DNA of 64,000 nt from a bacterium (GCA_965216315.1 CBDCFN010000015.1:256001-320000); one strand, 5' to 3'; shown: positions 9,746 through 19,987, counted from the first letter of the stretch. The notes: generated by a model not told the origin, from the sequence alone. Translations and numbers: made by a program.

Positions 9746-10513
9746 GTGTCCGGACAACTGAGGTTTTTTTTGGCAAATATACTCGTTATAGCCGGTTCGG
9801 ATCCCTCCGCCCAAGCGGGTCTCCAGGTGGATCTCCAAGTCATCCGCTCAAGAGGCCATCGTGGCTGCTCGGTGATCACTGCAGTAACGGCACAAAATGA
9901 TGAGCGTGTGTATTCGGTCAATCCGGTGGACACGCGCGTGCTCAAAGATCAACTCCGAGCCGTACTTTCCGCTTACACCTTTGATGCGGTCAAAGTCGGG
10001 CTGCTCGTCAGCAATGAGATTTCCTATCAGGTCTATCGCATCCTCGAACAACACAAGGTCAAAAATATCGTCGTCGACCCGATCATGCGCGCCAGTTCCG
10101 GCGCGGTCTTGTTAGAGAACGCCGCACTTCCGATCTTGACCGGCTATTTGCTGCCCCTTGCACGCATGGTTACACCCAATCTGGATGAAGCGGAGACGCT
10201 TTCCGGCATGACCGTGCGGGACCTCGACCAAATGGGTGACGCCGCTCGCAAGATCATGAATGAATCACCGGGGCTCAATGCCGTTTTGATTAAAGGGGGC
10301 CATCTTACTACGGAAAAGACCGACATCCTGTGGGACGGTATGGAGCTTTACCGCTTTCCGACGGAACAAACCTTCGCCGGATCTCCCCGCGGAACGGGCT
10401 GCATCTTATCTACGGCAATCGCCTGCGCCCTGGCTAACGGGGCCGACATCCGTGAGGCCGTTCGCGCGGCCAAGAACTACTTACAAGAGTTTATTCCCAG
10501 CCGCTTGGCATAG
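9746..10513 (+). CDS. thiD: Hydroxymethylpyrimidine/phosphomethylpyrimidine kinase
   Basis: IAGSDPS..AGLQ.D, VVDPIM, TPNLDEA, LIKGGH, RGTGC. Confidence 0.92.
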   Translation: MSGQLRFFLANILVIAGSDPSAQAGLQVDLQVIRSRGHRGCSVITAVTAQNDERVYSVNPVDTRVLKDQLRAVLSAYTFDAVKVGLLVSNEISYQVYRILEQHKVKNIVVDPIMRASSGAVLLENAALPILTGYLLPLARMVTPNLDEAETLSGMTVRDLDQMGDAARKIMNESPGLNAVLIKGGHLTTEKTDILWDGMELYRFPTEQTFAGSPRGTGCILSTAIACALANGADIREAVRAAKNYLQEFIPSRLA

Positions 10514-11346
10514 GCACGCATCAGTCGAGCCGTCGCGGGACCGGGAACCGGTCGCGGCAATTGTTTGTTTTCGAGCCACGCGACGGGCATGATTCCTTTG
10601 AGCGTACTCGTAATGAAGATCTCATCCGCGCTCTCGATACGCTTGAGGCTCAGTGACGCCTCCCGCACAGGAATCCGCTGACGCCGCGCCAAACTGAGGA
10701 CACATTTGCGCACAACACCCGGAATCAAGCCCTCACTGAGCCCGGGCGTCCACAGCGTCTTCCCCTTGATCATGAAAAAATTACTGCTCGTGCATTCCGA
10801 AACCGCCCCCTGCGCATTGAGCAAGATACCTTCGTCGGCACGCCGCGCCTGGACTTGGCGCCGGCCTAACATCTTGGTGAGGTAATTCGTCGTTTTAATG
10901 CGCGCGACGTCATCGGCATCGTTGATAAGATCTCGCACCACGATGAGTCGGGCCCCACGTCGATAGAGAATATCCGGATACGGGTCGGGAGGTTTGGTAA
11001 TGATGACGATGTGGGTGTCTGCGGGTTGACGCTGGCGGCTGCCCAGGGCGGCTTCTTCCGCACTGACATTCACCCGAATGTAAGCGTCTTGGAGACGATT
11101 GGCCTTTAGTGTCCGCTGAATCGCTGCCGTTAATTCTTCCCGATCCAATGGCATGGGTATTCGTAAAAATTTGGTCCCGCGAAAGAGACGATTAAGATGA
11201 TCGCGCAAGAGCGGGATGCGCCCACCAACGGCCAGTATGGTCTCAAAAAGACCTTCTCCATAAAGATAGGCGCTATCGAAAACAGAGATGCTTGCCCTCT
11301 CCGCGGGGACTAACTTGCCATTGATGTAGACTTTATATGACTTCAC
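10477..11346 (-). CDS. Class IV PLP aminotransferase, probably aminodeoxychorismate lyase (PabC-like)
   Basis: YGEGLFET, HLNRL, IKTTNY, SECTSSNFF; directly downstream of pabB. Confidence 0.85.
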   Translation of the reverse strand: MKSYKVYINGKLVPAERASISVFDSAYLYGEGLFETILAVGGRIPLLRDHLNRLFRGTKFLRIPMPLDREELTAAIQRTLKANRLQDAYIRVNVSAEEAALGSRQRQPADTHIVIITKPPDPYPDILYRRGARLIVVRDLINDADDVARIKTTNYLTKMLGRRQVQARRADEGILLNAQGAVSECTSSNFFMIKGKTLWTPGLSEGLIPGVVRKCVLSLARRQRIPVREASLSLKRIESADEIFITSTLKGIMPVAWLENKQLPRPVPGPATARLMRAYAKRLGINSCK

Positions 11347-12694
11347 TTAACGCCTCGCGTATGCCCTTCGTCTTCACCCACGCCTCTTCATATTCCGCAT
11401 CGGCATCCGAGTCCGCTACGATACCGCCCCCCGCGTACACCTGCAACTTTCCTTGCTGATAGCGCAGGGTTCGTATCGGGATATTGAAGCGACTCGATCC
11501 ATCAACCGCAACGTAGCCGATGGCGCCGGTATAAACCCCGCGCTCATGACTCTCAAGTTCGCGGATAATCTGCATAGCCCTAATTTTGGGAGCTCCCGTG
11601 ATGGAACCGCCGGGAAAGCACGCCTCCACGACCTGCCACGGGCCGACATCGGGACGCAAGTCCCCTTCAATCACGCTATAAAGATGATAAACCTGGGCCA
11701 GTTGTCGCAGCTCTCTGAGTTTTACCGTCTGGACTGAACCCGCCTGACACACCTTGCCGAGATCGTTACGCTCCAGGTCCGTGATCATCAGTAGCTCGGC
11801 ATGATCTTTGGGGCTGGCCAATAATTCGCGACGTTGTTGCGCATCCATCTCGGGATCCTGCGCGCGGGGTCGCGTGCCCTTGATGGGACGTGTCGTGACC
11901 CGGCTCCCGTCTATCTCCAGAAAGGCCTCCGGAGAGGCCGACAGCACCTGGAAAGACTCCCAATTCAGATAGGCCGCATACGGTGCCGGGCTCAGTTGAC
12001 GGAGACGTTGATAAAGTTCCGGCGCGGATAACTCCGTCTGACCTGCAAAGCACTGCGTGTAATTGATTTGATAACAATCTCCAGCACGAATGTAGTCTTG
12101 GATAATCGCAATATGCTCGTCGTAACAGGTACGGGAAATCGTCGCTTGTAAATCACCCGTAGGGGCACTGCTTCTACCCTCCGTAGCAGAGCGACTGCAG
12201 AGGACGGGTGCCGCGCCCTTGACTGAAGGCGTAACCAGTCGCTGTTTGAGTTCATCGATCTTCCGTCGCGCCAGGGCTTCATCCGAAGCTCCGGCGGGAT
12301 CCGTAAGGCCGAGACTCGCCACCCAGGCCTGCTGCGCCGCATGATCAAAACACAGAAAAGTATCATAAAAGCCAAAGGCCAAGGACGGCTCGCTCGTTTC
12401 GCGGACTGGGACCTGGGGAATAAATTCGGCATAGGCTTCATAGGCAAGATATCCCATCCAGCCCCCGACGAAGGGGAGACAGCCGTCCACTGCGCGCGTG
12501 GGAACCCGGCGCAACTCGCTCCAACTCGTCTGGATTTCGAGGGGATCCGTCGCCAGCACCGAAATTCGCCCCTCCTCCGGCAATAAATCGGACGAGTCGA
12601 GAAAGATGCAGTAAGGGCGCTCACAAAGCCGCTGAAAGGCCTCCACGCTGGTCAAACGCGTCGGCAGGGTCTCCGTAACAAGTTTAAGACGCAG
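11333..12694 (-). CDS. pabB: Aminodeoxychorismate synthase component I
   Basis: GDCYQIN, SASPE, TRPIKGTRPR, DLERNDLG, FPGGSITGAPKIRAM; start probably ~12694, not 12811. Confidence 0.92.
   Translation of the reverse strand: MRLKLVTETLPTRLTSVEAFQRLCERPYCIFLDSSDLLPEEGRISVLATDPLEIQTSWSELRRVPTRAVDGCLPFVGGWMGYLAYEAYAEFIPQVPVRETSEPSLAFGFYDTFLCFDHAAQQAWVASLGLTDPAGASDEALARRKIDELKQRLVTPSVKGAAPVLCSRSATEGRSSAPTGDLQATISRTCYDEHIAIIQDYIRAGDCYQINYTQCFAGQTELSAPELYQRLRQLSPAPYAAYLNWESFQVLSASPEAFLEIDGSRVTTRPIKGTRPRAQDPEMDAQQRRELLASPKDHAELLMITDLERNDLGKVCQAGSVQTVKLRELRQLAQVYHLYSVIEGDLRPDVGPWQVVEACFPGGSITGAPKIRAMQIIRELESHERGVYTGAIGYVAVDGSSRFNIPIRTLRYQQGKLQVYAGGGIVADSDADAEYEEAWVKTKGIREALSEVI
12159..12220 (+). repeat. 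GTAG-type REP-like element with nested hairpin, in-frame in pabB linker
   Basis: GTAGGGGCAC...ccctccgtagcagagcgactgcagaggacggg...GCGCCCTT. Confidence 0.55.
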
Positions 12695-12704
12695 GGGGTG
12701 ACTC

Positions 12705-13745
12705 CTAGGCGGTATTTTGTAGTTCTGCTTGCTCGGTTTCCATCGAGATGTAGATCTTTTCCGTATCGACATGGGGACTGAGGTACTCCCGCATGCGCGT
12801 ATAGATCGCATCGCGAAGCCGATCCGGATAATGCATAAAACGACGTTGTGTCGAGACGAGGTTGTTATAGATTTTGCGGTTCTTGGGAAAGCGCTCGCGC
12901 ATCAGGGCGACCTGACGGACCGGAAAACGTAAGGCCCCAATACTGACCCAACGGACTTGATCCACCTCAATACTCGTGAACACCTGATCAATGAGTTTCT
13001 TATAGTTCTTTTCCCAACCAGTATGGTGAACAACGGGGTCAAAATGAATACCGACGGAATAGCCTGCTTTTTGGACGGCCTGCATCGCGGCAATACGTTC
13101 TGAAATGGTAGCCGTCTTATCTTCCTCTTCCATTTGGACCCGTTCCGGCGCCATCGACCAGGACACAACCGTCTGCCCTTCATGTTTGAGTTTTAACAAT
13201 GACTCTACTTGGGCGCACTTGGTCTTGAGCTCCAAGTTGACCCGGTCCTGTGCGCCAAAGAAAGGAATGAGCCGTTGGTGTAGTCCTGTGAGCCCCTCGA
13301 GCGCCAAGCTATCCGTCACGTGTCCGGTAACAACAACAGCTCCACGCGGGATCCGTTCCAGCTGATCAGTGAGGCGCTCCATAATCTCGTCGATGTTGGT
13401 GTAGAGGATTACAAAAGGAGTCTCGTGTAGATAACTCTGCAAGACGCAGTAGCTGCACCCCAAATGGCAATTGGAAACGAGGTTTAAGGAATACGTCGGC
13501 CGGCCGGTACCACGACTCATCGCCTTAAATTCGTGGAGCGGCTCACGCTCATAACGGGTGAGGAGAAGATTCTGGTCCGGCCGCAGCGTGCGGGCTTCCG
13601 CCTTGAGTGCCTCCGGGTCCGCAATGACCTCCGTCGTCACGTCACCCAAGCGGGCCAGGATTTCCTCCGTATAAGGGAGCTTCTGGACCGCCTTATCAAT
13701 ATAAACTTTCTGGGGACGATAAGAAGCCTCTGATGCATCGGACAT
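12705..13745 (-). CDS. Spore photoproduct lyase-family radical SAM protein
   Basis: NCHLGCSYCVLQ (CxxxCxxC), DSLALE, LELKTK, TVVSWS, HFDPVV. Confidence 0.85.
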   Translation of the reverse strand: MSDASEASYRPQKVYIDKAVQKLPYTEEILARLGDVTTEVIADPEALKAEARTLRPDQNLLLTRYEREPLHEFKAMSRGTGRPTYSLNLVSNCHLGCSYCVLQSYLHETPFVILYTNIDEIMERLTDQLERIPRGAVVVTGHVTDSLALEGLTGLHQRLIPFFGAQDRVNLELKTKCAQVESLLKLKHEGQTVVSWSMAPERVQMEEEDKTATISERIAAMQAVQKAGYSVGIHFDPVVHHTGWEKNYKKLIDQVFTSIEVDQVRWVSIGALRFPVRQVALMRERFPKNRKIYNNLVSTQRRFMHYPDRLRDAIYTRMREYLSPHVDTEKIYISMETEQAELQNTA

Positions 13746-13802
13746 AAAAATCTCCGTAAATTCTTCATTTCCCCATCGACGATTCTCTTCGCAGCGAAGC
13801 CG

Positions 13803-13874
13803 CTAGCGAGCAATGCGAGCGAGAGGGGGAGGCTCCACGAGCTTTGCTTGTGGAGGGGGCGACGCAAGCCCCTA
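13803..13874. repeat. 72-bp dispersed repeat (family B), copy 1
   Basis: Reverse complement of 25525-25596 with 5 mismatches. Confidence 0.85.
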
Positions 13875-13962
13875 TAACTTGACACACCGCATAATCAAAA
13901 GCTCTTTTGAAATCAAGAGAAAGGGGGAGTAGAATTATGAATAATACGCGAAGGAGGTCCTA

Positions 13963-14460
13963 ATGAAGACAGAGCCCCATGAGAGGGTCATTTCGGGTGT
14001 TTTTAACACCCGCGAGGAGGCCCACCACGCCCTAGACGCCCTGGAACCGAGTGGCGTGGAATCCGAAAATATCAGCCTGATCTCCAGTCTCAGTGATTTT
14101 GATGCGGAAGAATTCAGTGATATTGCAGGCATCCATATGCACGATGAAACCGTCCATGCGGTCAAAATCGCTCGTTTGGTCGGCGGTGTCGTCGCGGGAC
14201 TGACGGCGTTAGTCGGCATGATACTCGGTCATGTCAGTCTGCTCCCGGCGGTCCTCATCGTAATAGCCGTCAGTGGTTTTGGCGCTCTCTTAGGAACCGT
14301 CATCGCCGCCGGCTTCACCGAAACCGAATGGGACACCCTGAACGAAGCAATGCGCGAGGGTAAGGTGCTGCTTTCAGTTCATACCCACAGTTTCGCCACT
14401 TCTCGACAGGTGAAACAAATCCTGACCGATTGCAACGCGCATGCCGTCCACTCATTTTGA
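13963..14460 (+). CDS. Hypothetical membrane protein (general-stress-protein-like architecture)
   Basis: AAGGAGG RBS; GVFNTREEA...ENISLI, two TM helices, EGKVLLSVH. Confidence 0.7.
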   Translation: MKTEPHERVISGVFNTREEAHHALDALEPSGVESENISLISSLSDFDAEEFSDIAGIHMHDETVHAVKIARLVGGVVAGLTALVGMILGHVSLLPAVLIVIAVSGFGALLGTVIAAGFTETEWDTLNEAMREGKVLLSVHTHSFATSRQVKQILTDCNAHAVHSF

Positions 14461-14504
14461 GGCGTTGCAATCACGAATGATACCCACTAAGGTGCGAGGC
14501 ACTC

Positions 14505-15116
14505 ATGCTCCTCGCACCCACCATGAGCAGGTCTCTGTTCCTCATCATTCTATGCAGTGGAATCATTACCCTGACCGCTTGCGGGACATCACGTCAATCA
14601 TCTTTTTACCGGCCTTACGCCGGTAAAGGACAGCGCACATACAAAGTCATCGGCAAAGCCTCTTGGTACGGCCGTCCTTTTCATGGCCGCCGCACGGCTA
14701 GTGGAGAACGTTACAACATGAACGCCATGACGGCCGCCCATAAAAAACTCCCTTTTGGGGCCTTGCTCAAGGTCACTAACCTCACCAACGACAAATCCGT
14801 CATTGTCAAGGTCAACGATCGCGGTCCCTTTATCCGTGGTCGCATCCTCGACCTCTCGCGTGAGGCTGCAAAAAGGCTGGCCTTCTTACGTGCCGGCACC
14901 GCCAAGGTGCGTATTGAATGGATCGACGACCCGCCCGATCATCCCAACATTACGGAAGAGCGAAAGCTCGAACTGGCCCAACAAAAAAACCAAGCGCCAC
15001 CCCAACCCGTCGTGGCCCAGAACGACGTGACCCATTCACAAGAACCTGACGATATCGCGGGGGTTATTGACAGTCATGTCGGGACACCTTCCCCACCTCT
15101 ACAAGAAACCGAATAA
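14505..15116 (+). CDS. rlpA: RlpA-family septal lytic transglycosylase lipoprotein
   Basis: Lipobox [38 protein letters not shown]. Confidence 0.92.
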   Translation: MLLAPTMSRSLFLIILCSGIITLTACGTSRQSSFYRPYAGKGQRTYKVIGKASWYGRPFHGRRTASGERYNMNAMTAAHKKLPFGALLKVTNLTNDKSVIVKVNDRGPFIRGRILDLSREAAKRLAFLRAGTAKVRIEWIDDPPDHPNITEERKLELAQQKNQAPPQPVVAQNDVTHSQEPDDIAGVIDSHVGTPSPPLQETE

Positions 15117-15881
15117 TTTCCGTTTTTTCAAACCCTCGGCTTTAATACGCTCGGCCTCGGCCAAGACCTTCTTGTGGAGGGCCTTGACGCACTTCATGTC
15201 CTTGTACTGCTCGGGTTTGTAATTATGGGTCACCGGCTTGCCGATGTAGTGTGTCAGCTTAACGGGGAGCGGTAACAAACCCAAGCCGAAGAAGATTGGC
15301 AGCGGAACGAAGTTGTCTTTCCATTTGTGATAGGCATCTATCAGCATGACATACGCGTCATCGATACCGATACAAATGCAGGGAACAATTGGCACTCCCG
15401 TCGCGATCGCAACTTTGATAAAGCCGTACCGATCATCCCACATCAGCTCATATTTATGCCGGGACGAGCGCACGGCTTCTTTGGCACCCCCGGGACAGAC
15501 AATCATTGCATGCCCACCGCGCAGGATGCGCATCGCATTCTTGGGAGATCCATCGACGATCCCCATGTTCAGAAAGACTTCACGCAAGACGGGTAGCTTC
15601 CAACTCAAGTGTTCGGCGACTGCACGCGCCATACGACCGCGACGCAAAAAGAGCTGCTTGGCCAGGAGGGGGATATCGATAAAAAAGAAACCGTGATTGA
15701 GCGCTAGCAGGACCCCACCCTTGCGGGGTACGTTTTGCATGCCGACGACTTCGTAACGAAAGTAAAGTTCCCAAAAAGTCAGGGCCCGCATGATGAAACG
15801 AACAAGACCGGCATCGAACCATTGGAGCTTATACTCGTCCCCAGCCTGATAAGGCGTATGAAATAGGTCCTTCTTCGGCAT
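15099..15881 (-). CDS. Lysophospholipid/diacylglycerol acyltransferase family
   Basis: LNHG...D motif, PGGAKEA, GFIKVA...GVPIVP. Confidence 0.85.
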   Translation of the reverse strand: MPKKDLFHTPYQAGDEYKLQWFDAGLVRFIMRALTFWELYFRYEVVGMQNVPRKGGVLLALNHGFFFIDIPLLAKQLFLRRGRMARAVAEHLSWKLPVLREVFLNMGIVDGSPKNAMRILRGGHAMIVCPGGAKEAVRSSRHKYELMWDDRYGFIKVAIATGVPIVPCICIGIDDAYVMLIDAYHKWKDNFVPLPIFFGLGLLPLPVKLTHYIGKPVTHNYKPEQYKDMKCVKALHKKVLAEAERIKAEGLKKRKLFGFL

Positions 15882-15887
15882 ATCGGC

Positions 15888-17441
15888 TTATATGCCCCGC
15901 AGCGCCGCTCGTTTCAACTTGCCATTCCGCGTCCGTGGCAAAGCCTCTACAATAAAGACTTTGCGGGGGATCTTGTAGTCAGCCAGGTGTTCGCGAGCAT
16001 AGAAGATAAGCTCCTCAGCAACCTCGGGCTCAACAAGCGGGGCCCCTACAATTGTGGGGACGATGTACGCGATCATAACCATTTTGCCGTCTAGCTCATG
16101 CGCGACAACCCCTGATTCAGCCACCAGAGGATATTCATTGAGAACGGTCTCTACTTCCAGTGGTGAAACCCGGTAGCCACCGACCGTCAGGACATCATCA
16201 CGACGACCCATAAAATAAAAGTTGCCGGCTTCATCACGCCTCGCCAAGTCACCACTGAGAAACCAGTCTCCCGTCCATGGATCCGGCTCATCGCGATAAC
16301 CCAACATCAGTCCGGGACAACTTCGATGTGAGGCCAGGATACCGATTTCATCGATCCCGGTCTCCGATAAGTCCTCGTTAAGGACCGCAACGCGGTGATT
16401 GGGAAGGGGCTGCCCGCACGATCCCGCCACAATCGCTTCACCGTAGCGCTGCACGAGGTAGACACTGTGCTCGGTCATGCCCAGTCCTTCATATAAGTCC
16501 AATTCGGTGGCAGCTTTAAACTGATCGCGTAACGCTTGCGTCAACGCTTCGCCGGCGCTCAAGGCGACGCGAACCTTGTGGAGTCCCCCCCCACCCTGAC
16601 CCTCCCCCGTCGAGGGGGAGGGAATCGATTTTAGATGCCGCGTGATCCGCCGATAAATCCCCGGCACACTCATCAAAACCGTCACCTTAAATTTGGAAAT
16701 GAGTTTGCAAAGCACCTCTGCTTCCGGCGGGCCCTGATAGGTCACGATCGAGACACGATGGCGCCAACAATCCAACATGCCGGCGGTCAGGGCATAGCTC
16801 CAATTGAGTGCACTCGTATTAAAAACGACGTCATTGTATTTGAGGTCCTGCCAGCGCTTTACGCGTTCATCATGGGCAGGAATACTGCGATGGGCATGAA
16901 TCACTGCCTTGGGCGTTCCTTCGGTTCCGCTGGTGTAGAGCCAAAAGGCTGGGTCGTCGGGCTGGGTGGGGGCAACTGCAAACTGCGAGGAAGCCGCCTT
17001 GATCAAGTCAGTAAAGGAGGCCTCTCCGACGAGAATAACGTGCTGAGGCTTACGAATCTCTTCTGGCAACAATTCCGGCGACGTCACCAAGACCTTGCCC
17101 TCACTATCATCGAGCAAAAACTGTAACTCCGGCGCCTTGAGCAGCGGCGACGTTGGAACCGGTATCACCCCGGCCTTGATCGCACCCAAAAAGGCGACTG
17201 GAAACTCGGCACAATTCGGTAGTCGAATCAGAAGACGTTCACCCGGCTTCACCCCGAGCGCCCGCAGGGCATTCGCAAAGCGGTTCGTCAATCTTGCCAG
17301 GTTGGAGAAGGTTAATGACTTGTGTTTGAGCTTGTCACCGACAGCCTCGACGACTGTCAAAGCCACTTGGTCCTTGGTTTGAAGGTACTGCAGATGCTTG
17401 TCGATGCAGTCGGTGGCAAGATTGTAGGGTTCCATCGCCAA
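15888..17441 (-). CDS. Acyl-CoA synthetase (AMP-forming, benzoate-CoA-ligase-like)
   Basis: YTSGTEGTPK, EGLGMTE, SGDLA, GRRDD, LPRTRNGK. Confidence 0.9.
   Translation of the reverse strand: MAMEPYNLATDCIDKHLQYLQTKDQVALTVVEAVGDKLKHKSLTFSNLARLTNRFANALRALGVKPGERLLIRLPNCAEFPVAFLGAIKAGVIPVPTSPLLKAPELQFLLDDSEGKVLVTSPELLPEEIRKPQHVILVGEASFTDLIKAASSQFAVAPTQPDDPAFWLYTSGTEGTPKAVIHAHRSIPAHDERVKRWQDLKYNDVVFNTSALNWSYALTAGMLDCWRHRVSIVTYQGPPEAEVLCKLISKFKVTVLMSVPGIYRRITRHLKSIPSPSTGEGQGGGGLHKVRVALSAGEALTQALRDQFKAATELDLYEGLGMTEHSVYLVQRYGEAIVAGSCGQPLPNHRVAVLNEDLSETGIDEIGILASHRSCPGLMLGYRDEPDPWTGDWFLSGDLARRDEAGNFYFMGRRDDVLTVGGYRVSPLEVETVLNEYPLVAESGVVAHELDGKMVMIAYIVPTIVGAPLVEPEVAEELIFYAREHLADYKIPRKVFIVEALPRTRNGKLKRAALRGI
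16026..16049 (-). repeat. GTAG-type REP in-frame in acyl-CoA synthetase
   Basis: Minus strand GTAGGGGCCCCGCTTGTTGAGCCC, encoding VGAPLVEP. Confidence 0.55.
16585..16624. repeat. Family A-like palindrome in-frame in acyl-CoA synthetase
   Basis: ccccccccaccctgaccctcccccgtcgagggggagggaa, encoding IPSPSTGEGQGGG. Confidence 0.7.
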
Positions 17442-17453
17442 CGTATTGCTTTC

Positions 17454-18521
17454 TTACTTCGGAAATTTTTGCGGCTCGGCCACCTGCAACGACCCGTCAC
17501 TATCCAAGGCCTTCATGTAAGCAATGACATCAGCGATCTCCTGCTCATTCAGATTTAACGGCACCATCAACGGATCTAGCTGCGGGTTCTTGTTGCCACC
17601 CTTGTTGTAGAACTCCATCACCGCCTCCAAGGTCGCCTCGGAGCCATCGTGCATGTACGGTGCGGTCTGGGTGATATCGCGCAGCCCCGGCGTCTTGAAG
17701 GCCCCTTTAAAGCGCTCTTCTTTAACCTCGCTATAGCGACCCAGGTCGGGTTCTTTGGCCGTAATACCCACACCCAAGTTATGAAACTGGCTGTCACTAA
17801 AGTTGGGCCCGGCATGACACCGTGAGCATTTGGCCTTGCCAAAAAAGAGATCCTTGCCGCGGATTTCCGCCGCATTCAGGGCACTCTTGTCCCCTTGGGC
17901 ATAGCGATCGTATTTGGAGTTTGCTGAAATGATGGTCCGCTCAAAGGCCGCAATCGCCATCACGATCTTGTCTTTGTTAATGCCTTCTTCGCCGAAGGCC
18001 TGTTTAAAGAAGGGAGCATAGCCGGGAATGCCTTCAACAATTTTCACGAGGGCGTCATGGTCTTTGAGACCCATCTCAACCGGATTGATAAAGGGGCCGA
18101 GTGCTTGTTCTTCCAGCGTTTTGGCGCGCCCGTCCCAAAATTGAAGGAACATATAGGCGGAATTTTGCACCGGCGGAGCGCTGCGCGTGCCTTTTTGACC
18201 TTTGATGCCCGTCGACACCGGAGCCTGATCGGCCCAGCCCTTGCTGGGAATATGGCAGGTCGCACAGGCAATCGTTCCATCCGCCGACAATCTCTTGTCA
18301 AAATAAAGCAGATAACCAAGCTCCACTTTATCGACACTCATCGGATTGTCCGGGGGCACCAGAGGTTGAGAAAAAAGCCCGACCGGCGGTTTTTCAAAAC
18401 GTTGATACAAAGCTTCGGCAACCGGTCGTGTCCCTAAATCCGCCGGTCCTTCCGGAGTTTTAGAACAACTCAGCCCACCCAATGCCCCGATGAGCAAGAG
18501 TATAATCGAATAGCGCAGCAT
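17454..18521 (-). CDS. Di-haem cytochrome c peroxidase family lipoprotein
   Basis: CATCH and CSRCH; QFWDGRA; FKTPGLR...APYMHDG; lipobox GLSC. Confidence 0.93.
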   Translation of the reverse strand: MLRYSIILLLIGALGGLSCSKTPEGPADLGTRPVAEALYQRFEKPPVGLFSQPLVPPDNPMSVDKVELGYLLYFDKRLSADGTIACATCHIPSKGWADQAPVSTGIKGQKGTRSAPPVQNSAYMFLQFWDGRAKTLEEQALGPFINPVEMGLKDHDALVKIVEGIPGYAPFFKQAFGEEGINKDKIVMAIAAFERTIISANSKYDRYAQGDKSALNAAEIRGKDLFFGKAKCSRCHAGPNFSDSQFHNLGVGITAKEPDLGRYSEVKEERFKGAFKTPGLRDITQTAPYMHDGSEATLEAVMEFYNKGGNKNPQLDPLMVPLNLNEQEIADVIAYMKALDSDGSLQVAEPQKFPK

Positions 18522-18537
18522 ATGTTTCCCCCTTCAC

Positions 18538-19509
18538 TTATTCTCCCGCCAACTCCGCCAGGCGTCCCGTCAACTCGACTCCCAGGTCAAAGCAGGAACG
18601 AAAAATAGAACTGATATTCAATCCTAACGGAATCGGCTGGGCAAGCTTTTGATTGAAATCATGGACCATCTTAAAGAGGTCCGTACAGACATCGAGTGAA
18701 CTGAGCCCGACATCATTCCCATTCTGAATTAATTGCGCCTCAACGCCAGGTGGGATCTCAACACCGAGCCAACGTAAAAACTCCACCTGTTTCGCCTCCT
18801 TGAGCGGCGCCAACGACAAGAAAATTCTTCGGGGTGTCACACCACCATTTTCACAGCGCGCCGAATAATCCCAGAGGAGACGACAGATGCGATCCGCCTC
18901 GTAAATGATTTGCGAAGTAAAAAATTGGATTCCCGCGGCGGCTTTGGCCAACAAGCGCCCGGGCTCATCCTGATCCGGATCCGTGCGCCGCCGCGAGGGA
19001 ATGGTAATCGCACCACAGAGCCACTTATCGTCTTCCGCGAGATGACAGTTGACCTCCTCGGTTATCAGCTTGGCCATCCCCGAAACTGAAGGCCCCGGAT
19101 AATCGACACGGTGGGACTCTCCCCCGACGAGAATGAGGTTTCGTATCCCCAACTTCCTGGTATTCTCCAACCAGTCTTTCTGCTGCTCCGCCGTACGGTA
19201 GACGACCACCCGATTCACGACGAGATCGATCGGTTTCACAAAGGACTGCTTGAGAAGATGACCGAAGTCACGTGGTTTCATCCGTTTGTTATATTTATAG
19301 GTGCGCTCCCCCTCACGCGTCTCATCGCGTATCTCCGGAATATTGACGGCCACGACCGGCACTGTTTCCAAAGCCTGCACGATACGATCGCGCCAGGCAT
19401 GAACCTTGGCCGTTTCACTATCCCGCCGCGGCGGAATCGTCTCAAAAAGGATCGGTACGCCCCCATCCGCAAGGACACGCTCCCTAAAAATGTTTCTGCA
19501 CTGTGTCAT
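18538..19509 (-). CDS. Divergent methylenetetrahydrofolate reductase-like protein
   Basis: LFETIPP, ILVGGES, RLLAKAAAGIQFFTSQIIY, FLRWLGV. Confidence 0.7.
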   Translation of the reverse strand: MTQCRNIFRERVLADGGVPILFETIPPRRDSETAKVHAWRDRIVQALETVPVVAVNIPEIRDETREGERTYKYNKRMKPRDFGHLLKQSFVKPIDLVVNRVVVYRTAEQQKDWLENTRKLGIRNLILVGGESHRVDYPGPSVSGMAKLITEEVNCHLAEDDKWLCGAITIPSRRRTDPDQDEPGRLLAKAAAGIQFFTSQIIYEADRICRLLWDYSARCENGGVTPRRIFLSLAPLKEAKQVEFLRWLGVEIPPGVEAQLIQNGNDVGLSSLDVCTDLFKMVHDFNQKLAQPIPLGLNISSIFRSCFDLGVELTGRLAELAGE

Positions 19510-19618
19510 GGTTTAAGACGAAGATTCTTGGCAGGATATTTATCAGAGTTCAAGAACGAACCCACAAATTCCCCCGGTGTGTTGACCTAGCCTTGGCAGA
19601 GGGTGCTTATCCTAAGCC

Positions 19619-19987
19619 TTACCAATCATACTCTGGAATCGGCTTACTAAAAGACAACCCCATCGTTCCCTGCTCTTGTTCGAAATGAGCGACTTTTGCC
19701 GGCATGGTTACTTGCTCACGCTTCCCCGTCAGTTGGACAGTTAATTCATGTCCAGGAAGAAGCGTCAACAAATCAGCCCTAAACTGCAACCGCAACCCGA
19801 CTCCTCCTGCCGATATATCAACGGCTTGAGCCTCCAATTCGAATTGATCGCTGCGTCCCTCGTGGACCAGCGATCGCGCATTCAAGAACAGGCTAACGTG
19901 AAGAGCATTACCCCCCCCAAGGGTTTTCCTCTCAAACTGCCGTTTTTCCACAGTTGACCCTTTACCCTTGAGAACACGAGCTCTCAC
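19619..19987 (-). CDS. PilZ-domain protein
   Basis: EKRQFER (RxxxR) and DISAGG (DxSxxG). Confidence 0.8.
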   Translation of the reverse strand: MRARVLKGKGSTVEKRQFERKTLGGGNALHVSLFLNARSLVHEGRSDQFELEAQAVDISAGGVGLRLQFRADLLTLLPGHELTVQLTGKREQVTMPAKVAHFEQEQGTMGLSFSKPIPEYDW

